Shown here piece after piece: positions 1 through 9,144 of a stretch of 36,448 bases of DNA (positions are counted from its first letter, which is position 1; each line of letters opens with the position of its first letter). The notes beneath the pieces are model-generated. The model was not told the DNA's origin and searched no databases. It worked only from the letters and a program-made list of their open reading frames with translations. Origin of the DNA: Coleofasciculus sp. B1-GNL1-01 (GTDB lineage: Bacteria > Cyanobacteriota > Cyanobacteriia > Cyanobacteriales > Coleofasciculaceae); assembly GCA_040220235.1 (NCBI GenBank), contig JAVJTO010000162.1. One strand, written 5' to 3'. A program made the position numbers and the translations under genes.

Positions 1-10
1 TAAATTTCAC

Positions 11-60
11 AACCCGTTTTAACGGGTTTTAGCTTTAAGCCAGAACTTTAGTTCTAGGCT
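11..60. repeat. Double-palindrome dispersed repeat (AACCCGTTTTAACGGGTT ... AGCC-AGAACTTTAGTTCT-AGGCT), probably truncated by the window edge
   Basis: Two adjacent inverted repeats read directly in the sequence. Confidence 0.6.
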
Positions 61-122
61 TAATTATGGGAAGCATCCTCTGTAGAAAATTAAACCAAGT
101 CTATGTTTGAATTATTGTTCAG

Positions 123-1379
123 TCAAGTATTTGAATTTTTATCCTGAACGATTTGCTCATACCCTTTCATTAAAGGAGTCGCACTAATTCCATGTATGAT
201 GATAGATAGTACAACAGTTATGGACGTTATCCAAGCAATTCTTGCACCCAATTCTCCCTCTAAACTCTTACCAAGAGAATAGGAAAGATAGTAGAGAGAG
301 CCGACTCCTCGAACGCCAAACCAACCAAATAACCAGCGGGTTGTGGGGTGAAACCGTGAGCGAGGTGACTTGGCAAAACCTAAGTTGGTGGTGCTAATCC
401 AAGCGCCTAAAGGTCGGATGGCAAAAATTAATAACCCAGCGATGAGAAGGGCTTCACCACCAAATTTGAGAATTGGCTCAATTCGTAGGAGGGAACCTAA
501 CAGGAGAATAGTTCCCACTTCCATCAGCTTTTCAAGTTTTTCGGTGAATTCCAGTTGCGAAAGTCGCCGATTATGATTAGGAGAAATACGCTGTACCATT
601 AACCCAGCAACAAATACGGCTAAAAATCCATAACCGTTAATCAGTTCTGTCAGTGCATAGGTTATTAAAATAATACTGAGACCAATAAAATCCTCCATTA
701 ATGCATCAATAGGTCGAAACTTTTGGAGTTGTTGCTTAATCCACATCACTCCATTACCGACCAAAATACCCATAGCAATTCCAGCCACGATCGCCCAAAT
801 TAAATCAACAACAATCCATTCTTTTAACCAACTTTGCCAATTGCTGTTTTCTAACCAATGAATCCCAAAATAGACAAACGGAAAGGCTAACGCATCGTTT
901 AATCCCCCTTCAGACGTCAGACCAAATCGTAACTCATCCCTATCTCCTATATGGGCTAATTGGACTTCGGATGCCAATACGGGGTCAGTTGGTGCAAGAA
1001 TTGCCCCCAACAAAACAGCCGCTCCCCAATTCAGATTCAATAACCAATGGCTAATTGCTGCTATGGCAAAAATTGAAATCGGCATGAGAAAAGCAATGAG
1101 CCGAATTGTTGAATTCCAAGCTCTTAGTCTCAAAGGGCGATTCATTTTTAAGCCGCAACTAAACAGAGACACAATCACCACAAATTCGGTGACGCGCTCC
1201 AAAAATTTGGTTTGGAGCTGAATTTGAATCAGATTAATTCCGTAGGGACCAAGACAAATTCCCACAACTAAGTAAATGAGGGCATAAGAAAGAGGTAATC
1301 GCTTAATCCAACCTGAACCCATTGTGACCAATAGGAGCAGTAAGCCAATGACCAACAAGGCAAGAATGTAGATATCCAC
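123..1379 (-). CDS. Cation:proton antiporter, CPA1/NhaP family
   Basis: 418 aa, many TM helices, motifs GAILAPTDPV, SEGGLNDA, WFGVRGVGS. Confidence 0.9.
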   Translation of the reverse strand: MDIYILALLVIGLLLLLVTMGSGWIKRLPLSYALIYLVVGICLGPYGINLIQIQLQTKFLERVTEFVVIVSLFSCGLKMNRPLRLRAWNSTIRLIAFLMPISIFAIAAISHWLLNLNWGAAVLLGAILAPTDPVLASEVQLAHIGDRDELRFGLTSEGGLNDALAFPFVYFGIHWLENSNWQSWLKEWIVVDLIWAIVAGIAMGILVGNGVMWIKQQLQKFRPIDALMEDFIGLSIILITYALTELINGYGFLAVFVAGLMVQRISPNHNRRLSQLEFTEKLEKLMEVGTILLLGSLLRIEPILKFGGEALLIAGLLIFAIRPLGAWISTTNLGFAKSPRSRFHPTTRWLFGWFGVRGVGSLYYLSYSLGKSLEGELGARIAWITSITVVLSIIIHGISATPLMKGYEQIVQDKNSNT

Positions 1380-1505
1380 ACAAGTAATATCCTATTTAAC
1401 AATCGGAAAGGTTTTCTAAGACAACACAAATAGGCGGTATTTAAATCCGTATCGAAGTATCCTTTTAGAATCCCTAGTCTACATACCAGGGAGAGGTCAA
1501 CGTAC

Positions 1506-2621
1506 TCATTCACTAACGCCAACCGGACGAACGACTAAAATACCGATCGCGTGCTTGATCTTGCCTACATACTGCTGTAAATCTTGGGAAATTGTCACCT
1601 CTCCAGCGGGTGAGGCATGAATCAAACGAATTCTACCATCTGGCTGGCGATCAATGAATCCGGTATGGGTGACATCTAATCCCGCAATAGTCGTAGCGAT
1701 GCCAATAATATCTCCGGATTGTAGCTGATCATAGCTGTGGTGAATTTGCTCGGTGGGAATATAATTTAAGGGAACAGCATTAAGCTGATCTTCCATCTCT
1801 AAAATACACTGGTAATTTGCCGGATTATTCACGAGTTGGGGATAACGGTGTCGGTGGGTACTCATGAAATTAAGCCGCTTAGTTAGTGGAATGCCTCCCA
1901 GCGCCTGGGTAATATTTTCTACGGTTCCCCGTTTCTCGTTATCCTGAATCCAAGCCGAGAAATAATGCAAACGGCTACAATAACCATCGAGTTGACCATT
2001 CTGATAACGCTGATCGCGAAGATGATTGACAAAGGTAGGATAGGAATAATCCTGTGGCGCCACAGTTCGGGCGATCGCGAGTACCGTTTCCACAAATAGC
2101 ACACAGTCAAATGCCTGAAGCGTTACCACCAAGGTTTCCTCTGGCGATTGATCTAATAAGCCTGCCTTATAGGGTGTCCCCAGAAATCGGTGGGCGATCG
2201 CCTGTATAATATCAGTCATCGGTTGCTCATGCAGGTGCTGGGCAATTGCCCAGTCCATAATGTGCTGGAACTGTTCCCTCTCCTCTGATGCAGGATTCAT
2301 CGATTCTGAGACGGTAATAGTTGAAATATCGGTCAGTAACGTCTGGGAAGGGGGAAAAATCAAAGCCTCTGTTCCGGTAAGAGAAAGGTTTTCTACATCC
2401 CGTGACAAGTAAGAATAATCTATCAGTTCCTCGTCCTCTGTTTCCCAGACGTAGCAAGCAGCGTCTCTACAGACTTTCCCTCCTCCAGGAGTATCCTCAG
2501 AACGAGTTGCCGCTTGACTAACTGAAATAGAATCATAGTCCTGAGCTTGAAAGGCAAGATCTGACGTAAAACCGCCAGAAATCGCCAATCCCACAAAAGC
2601 CCAGCCAAACATTGTTCTCAT
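1506..2621 (-). CDS. DUF1460 family N-acetylmuramoyl-L-alanine amidase-like protein (NlpC/P60-related)
   Basis: FLGTPY, FDCVLFVE (Cys), RLHYFSAW, LDVTHTG (His), IHAS motifs; signal-like N-terminus; GGAGG upstream of 2621. Confidence 0.85.
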   Translation of the reverse strand: MRTMFGWAFVGLAISGGFTSDLAFQAQDYDSISVSQAATRSEDTPGGGKVCRDAACYVWETEDEELIDYSYLSRDVENLSLTGTEALIFPPSQTLLTDISTITVSESMNPASEEREQFQHIMDWAIAQHLHEQPMTDIIQAIAHRFLGTPYKAGLLDQSPEETLVVTLQAFDCVLFVETVLAIARTVAPQDYSYPTFVNHLRDQRYQNGQLDGYCSRLHYFSAWIQDNEKRGTVENITQALGGIPLTKRLNFMSTHRHRYPQLVNNPANYQCILEMEDQLNAVPLNYIPTEQIHHSYDQLQSGDIIGIATTIAGLDVTHTGFIDRQPDGRIRLIHASPAGEVTISQDLQQYVGKIKHAIGILVVRPVGVSE

Positions 2622-2646
2622 TATTCCTCCTACTTCCCCAGCTTAG

Positions 2647-2710
2647 AAGGGTGGGTTTAGTCAAGTTATCGGTTTTCTCAATAAAGGTTATCGGGAAAAT
2701 CCGCCCCTAC
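2647..2710. repeat. REP-like inverted pair (GGGTGGGTTT ... AATCCGCCCCTAC)
   Basis: Same family at 7376-7434, 11483-11543, 13299-13362, 25168-25311, 29250-29314. Confidence 0.7.
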
Positions 2711-2744
2711 CCCCTCCAGACGCGCCTGCTCATAGTTTGCCACA

Positions 2745-2772
2745 GTAGAGACGCGCCATGGCGCGTCTCTAC
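2745..2772. repeat. Perfect 28-bp GTAG palindrome GTAGAGACGCGCCATGGCGCGTCTCTAC (REP-like)
   Basis: Identical copy at 5746-5773; variants at 2447-2471 and about 33143-33171. Confidence 0.85.
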
Positions 2773-2918
2773 AAGCCACAGCGCGAACGCTAGACCATTG
2801 ATGCAGTAGGAGTTAGACAAGGATTGTCGCCCTAAAACAGCTAACTTGGGTCTGTCAATTGTGCCTCAAGGCTATAAACTGAAGGATGCATCAAGATTGA
2901 GACGATTTTATTTAAGCT

Positions 2919-3644
2919 GTGCGAAAAATAGTCATTGCCGGTAACTGGAAAATGTTCAAAACTCAAAGGGAGTCCTCTGAGTTTTTGCAAGAATTTATGC
3001 CCAAGCTGGAGCAAACGCCCCCAGAACGGGAAGTTGTTCTGTGTGTTCCCTTTACAGACTTGGGAGTGATGTCCAAAAATCTGCACAATAGCCGGGTGCA
3101 GCTAGGGGCGCAGAATATCCACTGGGCAGATGAAGGCGCTTTCACTGGGGAAATTTCTGGTCCCATGTTGACCGAACTCGGCTTGCGTTATGTGGTTGTC
3201 GGTCACAGTGAGCGACGTCAGTACTTTGGTGAAACGGACAAAACCGTGAACCAGCGCCTCCTCGCCGCCCAGCGTCACGGGTTAATTCCGATTCTTTGTG
3301 TCGGTGAAACAAAGCAACAACGGGATGCTGGAGAAGCGGAATCTCACATCAGCCAGCAACTCATAGAAGGCTTGGTGGATGTGGATCAGCAGCAACTGGT
3401 GATCGCTTATGAACCGATCTGGGCAATTGGCACAGGGGATACCTGTGAAGCCGCAGAAGCCAATCGGATCATGGGTTTGATTCGCTCTCAACTGAAAGTT
3501 GCGGATGTGCCAATTCAGTACGGGGGTTCGGTCAAGCCTGCGAATATTGATCAGATTATGGCGCAACCTGAAATTGATGGGGTGCTAGTTGGCGGAGCCA
3601 GTCTTGATCCTGGGGGATTTGCCCGAATTGTCAATTATCAGTAG
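2919..3644 (+). CDS. tpiA: Triosephosphate isomerase
   Basis: [35 protein letters not shown]. Confidence 0.98.
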   Translation: MRKIVIAGNWKMFKTQRESSEFLQEFMPKLEQTPPEREVVLCVPFTDLGVMSKNLHNSRVQLGAQNIHWADEGAFTGEISGPMLTELGLRYVVVGHSERRQYFGETDKTVNQRLLAAQRHGLIPILCVGETKQQRDAGEAESHISQQLIEGLVDVDQQQLVIAYEPIWAIGTGDTCEAAEANRIMGLIRSQLKVADVPIQYGGSVKPANIDQIMAQPEIDGVLVGGASLDPGGFARIVNYQ

Positions 3645-3741
3645 TTCATGGGTCATGGTTCATTAGTTAGGGTTCATTTGTCGAAAAAACAGATCGATGC
3701 ACAAATCGATGATATGACTTGCTTCTGTTCGGGAAGCGAGT

Positions 3742-3797
3742 ATGACAAATGACATAAAACGAATGACATAAAACGAATGACAAATGACAAAGGACAA
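3742..3797 (+). repeat. STRR-type ATGACAA heptamer repeats overlapping the folP start
   Basis: ATGACAAATGACATAAAACGAATGACATAAAACGAATGACAAATGACAAAGGACAA. Confidence 0.8.
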
Positions 3798-4625
3798 CTA
3801 ACCATCCGAGACCGTTCTTTCTGTTGGGGAGAACGTACCTACCTCATGGGCGTTTTAAATGTGACGCCGGATAGTTTTAGTGATGGGGGGGAGTTTAATA
3901 CCCCAGCAGCAGCTTTGGCACAAGCTCAACGGCTGGTTGAGGCGGGTGTGGATATTCTGGACATCGGCGGACAATCAACCCGACCGGGGGCTGAGGAGGT
4001 TTCGGAAGCCGCAGAACTCCAGCGTGTACTCCCTGTGGTCAAGACGGTGCGTTCCTCGCTGTCTGTCCCTATCTCCGTGGATACTACGAAAGCCTCTGTC
4101 GCCAAAGCAGCGGTGGCGGTGGGGGCGGATATTGTCAATGATATTTCCGGTGGCACGTTTGACCCGGATATGTTTCCTGTGGTTGCCCAATTGGGTGTGC
4201 CAATCATTTTGATGCATATCCGGGGAACCCCCCAAACCATGCAAAAGCTGACCGATTATCATGACCTCATCGGCGAAATCTACGAGTTTCTAGAGGGTCA
4301 AATTCAGGTGGCTGTCAATGCAGGAATTTTGCGATCGCGCCTGATCATTGATCCGGGGATTGGGTTCGCCAAAACCGCTGAGCAAAATATACAACTGCTG
4401 CGACAACTTGCGGCTTTTCGTTCCCTAGGTGTGCCTATTTTAGTCGGCGTGTCGCGCAAAAGTTTTATCGGTCGCATTCTGAACCAACCTGACCCTAAGC
4501 AACGAGTCTGGGGAACGGCGGCGGCTTGCTGTGCGGCTATTACCGCAGGCTCCGATATTCTCCGGGTTCACGATGTTTCTGCAATGTATGATGTCTGTCG
4601 GGTAGCCGATGCCATCTGGCGGTAG
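3777..4625 (+). CDS. folP: Dihydropteroate synthase
   Basis: MGVLNVTPDSFSDGG, DIGGQSTRPG, DPGIGFAK, SRKSF, RVHDV. Confidence 0.97.
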   Translation: MTNDKGQLTIRDRSFCWGERTYLMGVLNVTPDSFSDGGEFNTPAAALAQAQRLVEAGVDILDIGGQSTRPGAEEVSEAAELQRVLPVVKTVRSSLSVPISVDTTKASVAKAAVAVGADIVNDISGGTFDPDMFPVVAQLGVPIILMHIRGTPQTMQKLTDYHDLIGEIYEFLEGQIQVAVNAGILRSRLIIDPGIGFAKTAEQNIQLLRQLAAFRSLGVPILVGVSRKSFIGRILNQPDPKQRVWGTAAACCAAITAGSDILRVHDVSAMYDVCRVADAIWR

Positions 4626-4767
4626 TAAACAATGCGACTCAGTTAAGAAAACCTGGAGAAGCTGGGGTAGAAAAAATTAAATTAGAGCTTATCCGAGGAG
4701 TATCGGGGTAGTAGAGTATTTGTTCTCGTCTGATTGTGAATTTTTGTAAAGAAATTTAGCGAAACCT

Positions 4768-4796
4768 TGCAATAATTGCTCTAAAAACTCATAATT
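4768..4796 (+). promoter_or_regulatory. Sigma70-type promoter candidate TTGCAA-N17-CATAAT
   Basis: Consensus-like boxes at 17-nt spacing directly before a long hairpin starting about 4803. Confidence 0.5.
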
Positions 4797-5328
4797 CTAA
4801 TCTGACGGCGATGTGATGTATAGAGCAGCGTTATCCCAGAAGAGTCGGGATCAGCCTATGCCTTATCGATTGCTGTCAAGTCATCAAAAGCCATATTCGA
4901 GTTAGCGAAAAAGTACCATCAAACGGTAAAATAAAAATAGTTATTGACCTCTCTACTGGAGTTTGGATGATTCATTGAAGCTAGGTGGAACAAGTGTGTT
5001 AAGTCAAAATGATAGAAGACGATATAACGTTCGTCTATCTAAAAAAACTGAATAAAAAGCCTTTGAATTATGAGGCAAATCACACCCTTGAATTGCCAGA
5101 CAAGTCAATTTCCATCGAGTAGCCATAAGAGCCAAAAAGTCTTAGATCTTGTGAGTCTAAGCTAAGCGGTTGACATCGTTCAGCCCAAAGCCAAAAAGCT
5201 AACAAAACTGATTGAGGTAGCGTTTTGCCTGTACAATCAGAAATGGCAGACGTTGGCATCGTTTGTTTTCATCTATCTTTCTTTGGCAAATTTGTTAACT
5301 TTTCTCTAAGAAACAGGAGTATCGCTAA

Positions 5329-5736
5329 ATGTTCAGTTTTTTAAAATCTAAAAACAAATCGTCAGAAGCTCCGAAAACCAAAAAAAGTAAAGACTACTTT
5401 TTGGAGCTAGACGATGCGGGGGCAGTCAAAGCGGAACCGGAAGCGAAGAAACCGGAATCCGCTAAAGCCACCAAAGCTCCAGAAGCAGAAGCGAAAAAGC
5501 CAGCAGCGAAGAAGCCAGCAGCTAAAGCGGCTAAAGCACCAGAAGCCAAACCGCAAAAAGCTGCACCTCAGGCGACACCCGCAGCCAGCAACGGCAAAGC
5601 CGAGCCTCAACCGGGACTCACCTTTGCACCAAACAACTTATTGCCACTCAAAACCAATAGTGGTCGGCGGCGTCCAGGTCCGAGTATGAATAATTTCCTG
5701 GAGATGGCACGTCAGGTGCAGCCTCCTCGCTCATAA
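5329..5736 (+). CDS. Hypothetical Pro/Ala/Lys-rich cyanobacterial protein
   Basis: AGGAG RBS; low-complexity middle; C-terminal RRRPGPSMNNFLEMARQ resembles conserved cyanobacterial hypothetical proteins. Confidence 0.75.
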   Translation: MFSFLKSKNKSSEAPKTKKSKDYFLELDDAGAVKAEPEAKKPESAKATKAPEAEAKKPAAKKPAAKAAKAPEAKPQKAAPQATPAASNGKAEPQPGLTFAPNNLLPLKTNSGRRRPGPSMNNFLEMARQVQPPRS

Positions 5737-5744
5737 GGTGTCGA

Positions 5745-5811
5745 TGTAGAGACGCGCCATGGCGCGTCTCTACAATTGTTCCCTGTTCCCTGTTCCCCGT
5801 TCCCTGTTCCC
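5745..5811. repeat. GTAG palindrome (5745-5774) plus TGTTCCC heptamer x5 (5777-5811) between convergent genes
   Basis: Read directly; could act as a bidirectional terminator. Confidence 0.8.
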
Positions 5812-5842
5812 TCCCCTCACCACAATACTGATTCAGCAGACC

Positions 5843-6955
5843 CTAATTATTTTTCAGAAAAACCAGTCCACTGTATAGTTCAAAAGCAGAATCCCAGAGG
5901 CTTTCTTGACGGCGAAACAAGTCAATGTGAGCGGGTAAACGAGTCAACATTTCTCGATAATCGAGAGCCGTTTCAGCAAAATTGGTGAAATCTGACCAAA
6001 CTGGAGTTTGAGGAAGTTGGCGGTTGAGAAAATCCCGCAGGTTATTCCAGTTGATTCGATTAGTTGTCTGGCTTAGGGGAGACGGGGATTTTCCCTGAGT
6101 TGGGTGGCTCTTTGGCTGGGGGAATAACTCAATTCCCTGGTGAAATTGATAATCGCGATCGCATAAACGCAGGATAGTTTTTCTCGTCAGTAAATGCAAG
6201 TCGCAAAACTGGGCGTAGTCTTGGGTTTGAGTCTTACGCTGTAATTTACCACGAGCGTCAACATCCACCACTTGTTCAAAAATAGGTAAGCGTCCCTCTA
6301 CCCGTTGACTCACTTCTGACCACTGGAAGGGGAGAGAACCGAGTTGACCTTGATCATTTTCGCAGACAACGGTGGCTTCCTGAGAACTGACTTGGGAAAA
6401 ATAATGAACCCTAAACACGTTAAGAGATTGAATCTCCGCCAAAATTACCCAAAAACAGGGAACTGAACCCTGCTTGAGGGATGACGCATAAAATTTTAAT
6501 TCGCCAATAGGTCCAACTCGATACAACCGCCATCCCCGTGTCGGGAGTTGTAGGCGGGCGGTATAGGGATCGATTTGCATAATCTTCGCCAAGGTTTGGG
6601 CGGCTGTGGGTTTGGCTTCGGGTTCAATGGGTTCGAGGACTAAAATACCGAATTGAGTATTTTCGGGGTCAGCCGTGGCTTGGGCTAAGGCTTGGCGGCG
6701 TTTTTCTTGTTCCATGGCTTCTAAACGCCCCAATCCCTGACGCGCTTGGGTCATAACTTTAGGATGCGTTGTATTTTTAAGTAACTTGCGGTAAGCGGTT
6801 TCTGCGGCGTCTAGCTTACCTGTGGCTTCGTGTAAGCGTCCGATATAAAGTCGCACCCACGGGTTATTAGGGTCTTCCTTGGCTAATTGTTTGAGTAATC
6901 GAGCTGCTGTGCGGTAGTCTTTTTGTTTAAAGGCATTGGTAACTTGGTCAAGCAT
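5843..6955 (-). CDS. Tetratricopeptide-repeat protein (N-terminal TPR, cyanobacterial conserved C-terminus)
   Basis: TPR-like helices AFKQKDYRTAARLL...YIGRLHEATGKLDAAETAY; ATG at 6955 preferred because the 6973 start lies in TGTCATT repeats. Confidence 0.75.
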   Translation of the reverse strand: MLDQVTNAFKQKDYRTAARLLKQLAKEDPNNPWVRLYIGRLHEATGKLDAAETAYRKLLKNTTHPKVMTQARQGLGRLEAMEQEKRRQALAQATADPENTQFGILVLEPIEPEAKPTAAQTLAKIMQIDPYTARLQLPTRGWRLYRVGPIGELKFYASSLKQGSVPCFWVILAEIQSLNVFRVHYFSQVSSQEATVVCENDQGQLGSLPFQWSEVSQRVEGRLPIFEQVVDVDARGKLQRKTQTQDYAQFCDLHLLTRKTILRLCDRDYQFHQGIELFPQPKSHPTQGKSPSPLSQTTNRINWNNLRDFLNRQLPQTPVWSDFTNFAETALDYREMLTRLPAHIDLFRRQESLWDSAFELYSGLVFLKNN

Positions 6956-7153
6956 AATTTTGTCATTTGTCATTGGTCATTTGTCATTTGTCATACTCAC
7001 TTTCATCGAGAAGCAAGCTACGTTTATGTATATGTAAGAGTTTGAGGAATATTTACATAACTGGTGGAGTGTTGAGTTGATTTCCAGCAACCTACGTAGA
7101 ACAGAACTATTTATATTGATTTTTGGGTTAGTGTGTTTTGCTCTCAATGATAT

Positions 7154-8020
7154 CTAATCCTTTTGTACCTCTAAACTAGCAGCAATTAAAGAGAGAGCCA
7201 TGAGGGGGGCGGTAACAGCACGTAAAATTCGGTGTCCTAGGGAAACGGGTTGAAATCCAGCCGCGATCGCTTGTTCGATTTCTTGGGGTGTCCAGCCGCC
7301 TTCGGGTCCTGTTGCAATGGTGATAATAGGGCGTTTTGAACCTTCGCTGCATTCATCTGGAACCGGGTTTTGAATGTAGGGGCGGGTTTCACTATTATCG
7401 TTTGTTGTCACCCTAATGGTGCTAAACCCGCCCTCATCTCCCTTATCTTCCCCATCTCCGAGATCAATAACCTCTAGCTTAGGTAAGCAATTTAACAAAT
7501 GAGGAACGTTACCCCGTGCGACACAAATATAGCGGTGGGTGGTGGAGTCGATAACTTGTTTAATCGCTGAGGTAAAGTCCAAGGGATCAAGAATTGTGGG
7601 TACAATCTGACGTTCCGATTGTTCGGCGGCTTCTTGGGCGATACGTCGCCAGCGTTCCAGTTTGCGGGGACTGGGGTTAAGAATCGTGCGATCGCTCTTA
7701 ATGGGTATGATATCGGTGACACCGAGTTCGGTTGCAGCGGAGATAATATCCTCAAATCCACTCCCCTTGGGCATCGCGGCGATTAGGGTAATTGCACAAG
7801 GTAATTCGGTTTGGATGGGGATCGATTCAATAATTGTCGCTTGGGTTAGGTTAGCCATTAACTCACTCAACCACCAGTTTCCCTGTCCATCCATGGCAAT
7901 AAAGCGATCGCCTTCAGTCAGTCGCAAGACTCGCACCAGGTAATGCTGTTGGCTTTCGGTGAGGAGAATCTGTTGGTTTTGTCGTTGCGTGGGTGAGATG
8001 ACTAACCGTTGCAGGTTCAT
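7154..8020 (-). CDS. rsmE: 16S rRNA m3U1498 methyltransferase with an internal repeat-derived insertion
   Basis: HYLVRVLRL, ATELGV, EAAEQSER, GPEGGW, LGHRILRAVTA. Confidence 0.93.
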   Translation of the reverse strand: MNLQRLVISPTQRQNQQILLTESQQHYLVRVLRLTEGDRFIAMDGQGNWWLSELMANLTQATIIESIPIQTELPCAITLIAAMPKGSGFEDIISAATELGVTDIIPIKSDRTILNPSPRKLERWRRIAQEAAEQSERQIVPTILDPLDFTSAIKQVIDSTTHRYICVARGNVPHLLNCLPKLEVIDLGDGEDKGDEGGFSTIRVTTNDNSETRPYIQNPVPDECSEGSKRPIITIATGPEGGWTPQEIEQAIAAGFQPVSLGHRILRAVTAPLMALSLIAASLEVQKD

Positions 8021-8076
8021 AGTTGATTGATCATGGTTCATTATTCATAGTAGATGTAGCCAAAGAAACAGGAACC

Positions 8077-8787
8077 ATGAAATTTTTATTGGGTTGTGCA
8101 GTTTGGGCGTATAAGGGTTGGATCGGTGAGTTTTATCCGCCGAAGAGTCCAGCAGGGGAATTGCTACATCTGTATAGTCAACGGTTGAGAACCGTTGAAG
8201 GCAATACCACATTTTACGCCATTCCCAGTTCAGAAACGATCGCGCAGTGGAAATCCCAGATGTCACCGGGTTTTCGGCTTTGTCCCAAATTGCCGCGATC
8301 GCTCACTCATAATGGATTGCAGAAAACGGAGGCTGCGATCGCACTAGAAGTACGTCATCCTGATTGGTTTGAATCCCCCCACGCCAGTCATCTGAATGAA
8401 CTGTTAACCCAATTAGGAGTCGGACGAGTGTTATTAGATAGCCGACCGGCTTACAGTCACTCAAATCTTTATAAAACGCCATTAGATGTTCGCAAGCCAA
8501 GACTCCCTGTGCAACCTGTGGTGACAGCAGACTTTAGTTTCGTGCGGTTTATTAGTCATCCTGATCAAGAGGTGAATCAGCCATTTTTGGAAGCATGGGT
8601 GAAATGGGTGGATCAGGCGTTAAAGTTAGGGCGACAGATTTATTTTTTCGTTCACTGTCCCATTGAAGACTACTCTCCAGCTAATGCGCGACAGTTTCAG
8701 CAATTATTAGAAGAAAATGGTGTACTTATTCCTCCGTTACCCTGGAATCAGATCGATCACTCACCCATACAATTAACTTTGTTTTGA
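8077..8787 (+). CDS. DUF72 (YecE-like) protein, apparently with an internal in-frame deletion
   Basis: GCAVWAYKGW, VEGNTTFYA, ALEVRHPDWF, YFFVHCP; ATG at 8077 after AGGA. Confidence 0.8.
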   Translation: MKFLLGCAVWAYKGWIGEFYPPKSPAGELLHLYSQRLRTVEGNTTFYAIPSSETIAQWKSQMSPGFRLCPKLPRSLTHNGLQKTEAAIALEVRHPDWFESPHASHLNELLTQLGVGRVLLDSRPAYSHSNLYKTPLDVRKPRLPVQPVVTADFSFVRFISHPDQEVNQPFLEAWVKWVDQALKLGRQIYFFVHCPIEDYSPANARQFQQLLEENGVLIPPLPWNQIDHSPIQLTLF

Positions 8788-8855
8788 CAGGACAGGAATG
8801 GATATATAAATAAGGCAAAAGTACCCGCTGAAACCATGTCACCTTGAATCCCTGT

Positions 8856-8917
8856 GTAGGGGCGACCCGCTTGCACAAATCAACAACTGTATCTACTCAA
8901 TGTGATCGGGTCGCCCT
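8856..8917. repeat. REP-like inverted pair GTAGGGGCGACCCG ... CGGGTCGCCCT
   Basis: Inverted repeat with GTAG end. Confidence 0.65.
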
Positions 8918-8933
8918 TGACTAAGGTTGATAT

Positions 8934-9028
8934 TACAGTGCTTTTCATGTTTATGGAATACACAATTGTATTCACTTGCTTTGCGGTTCAAGCCTTGTCT
9001 GTAGTCCACTAACTTGAAAACCGCTTTA
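8934..9028 (+). mobile_element. 95-bp MITE (TA ends, imperfect TIR), copy A
   Basis: About 90% identical (9 mismatches by manual count) to the reverse complement of 13476-13570. Confidence 0.75.
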
Positions 9029-9043
9029 AAATGCTTTACTGAT

Positions 9044-9073
9044 TTGGGTTTCCTTGCGTCAACCCAACCTACA
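9044..9073 (-). repeat. REP-like palindrome GTAGGTTGGGTT-N-AACCCAA
   Basis: TTGGGTT...AACCCAACCTAC. Confidence 0.6.
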
Positions 9074-9144
9074 ACTTAATTTTAGCTGTTTCGCTCTCAT
9101 AAGACAGGTTAGAACATAACTTGGTATGAGATACTCCCTGGCTA

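Noticed and set aside
4807..4880. Fluoride riboswitch (starts GGCGAUG)
   Set aside because: Lacks the following GUUCRCC and the 3' GCUGAUGAC consensus; gene context unrelated
5070..5165. 31-codon ORF MRQITPLNCQ...
   Set aside because: No RBS or recognisable features; cannot be supported from the sequence alone
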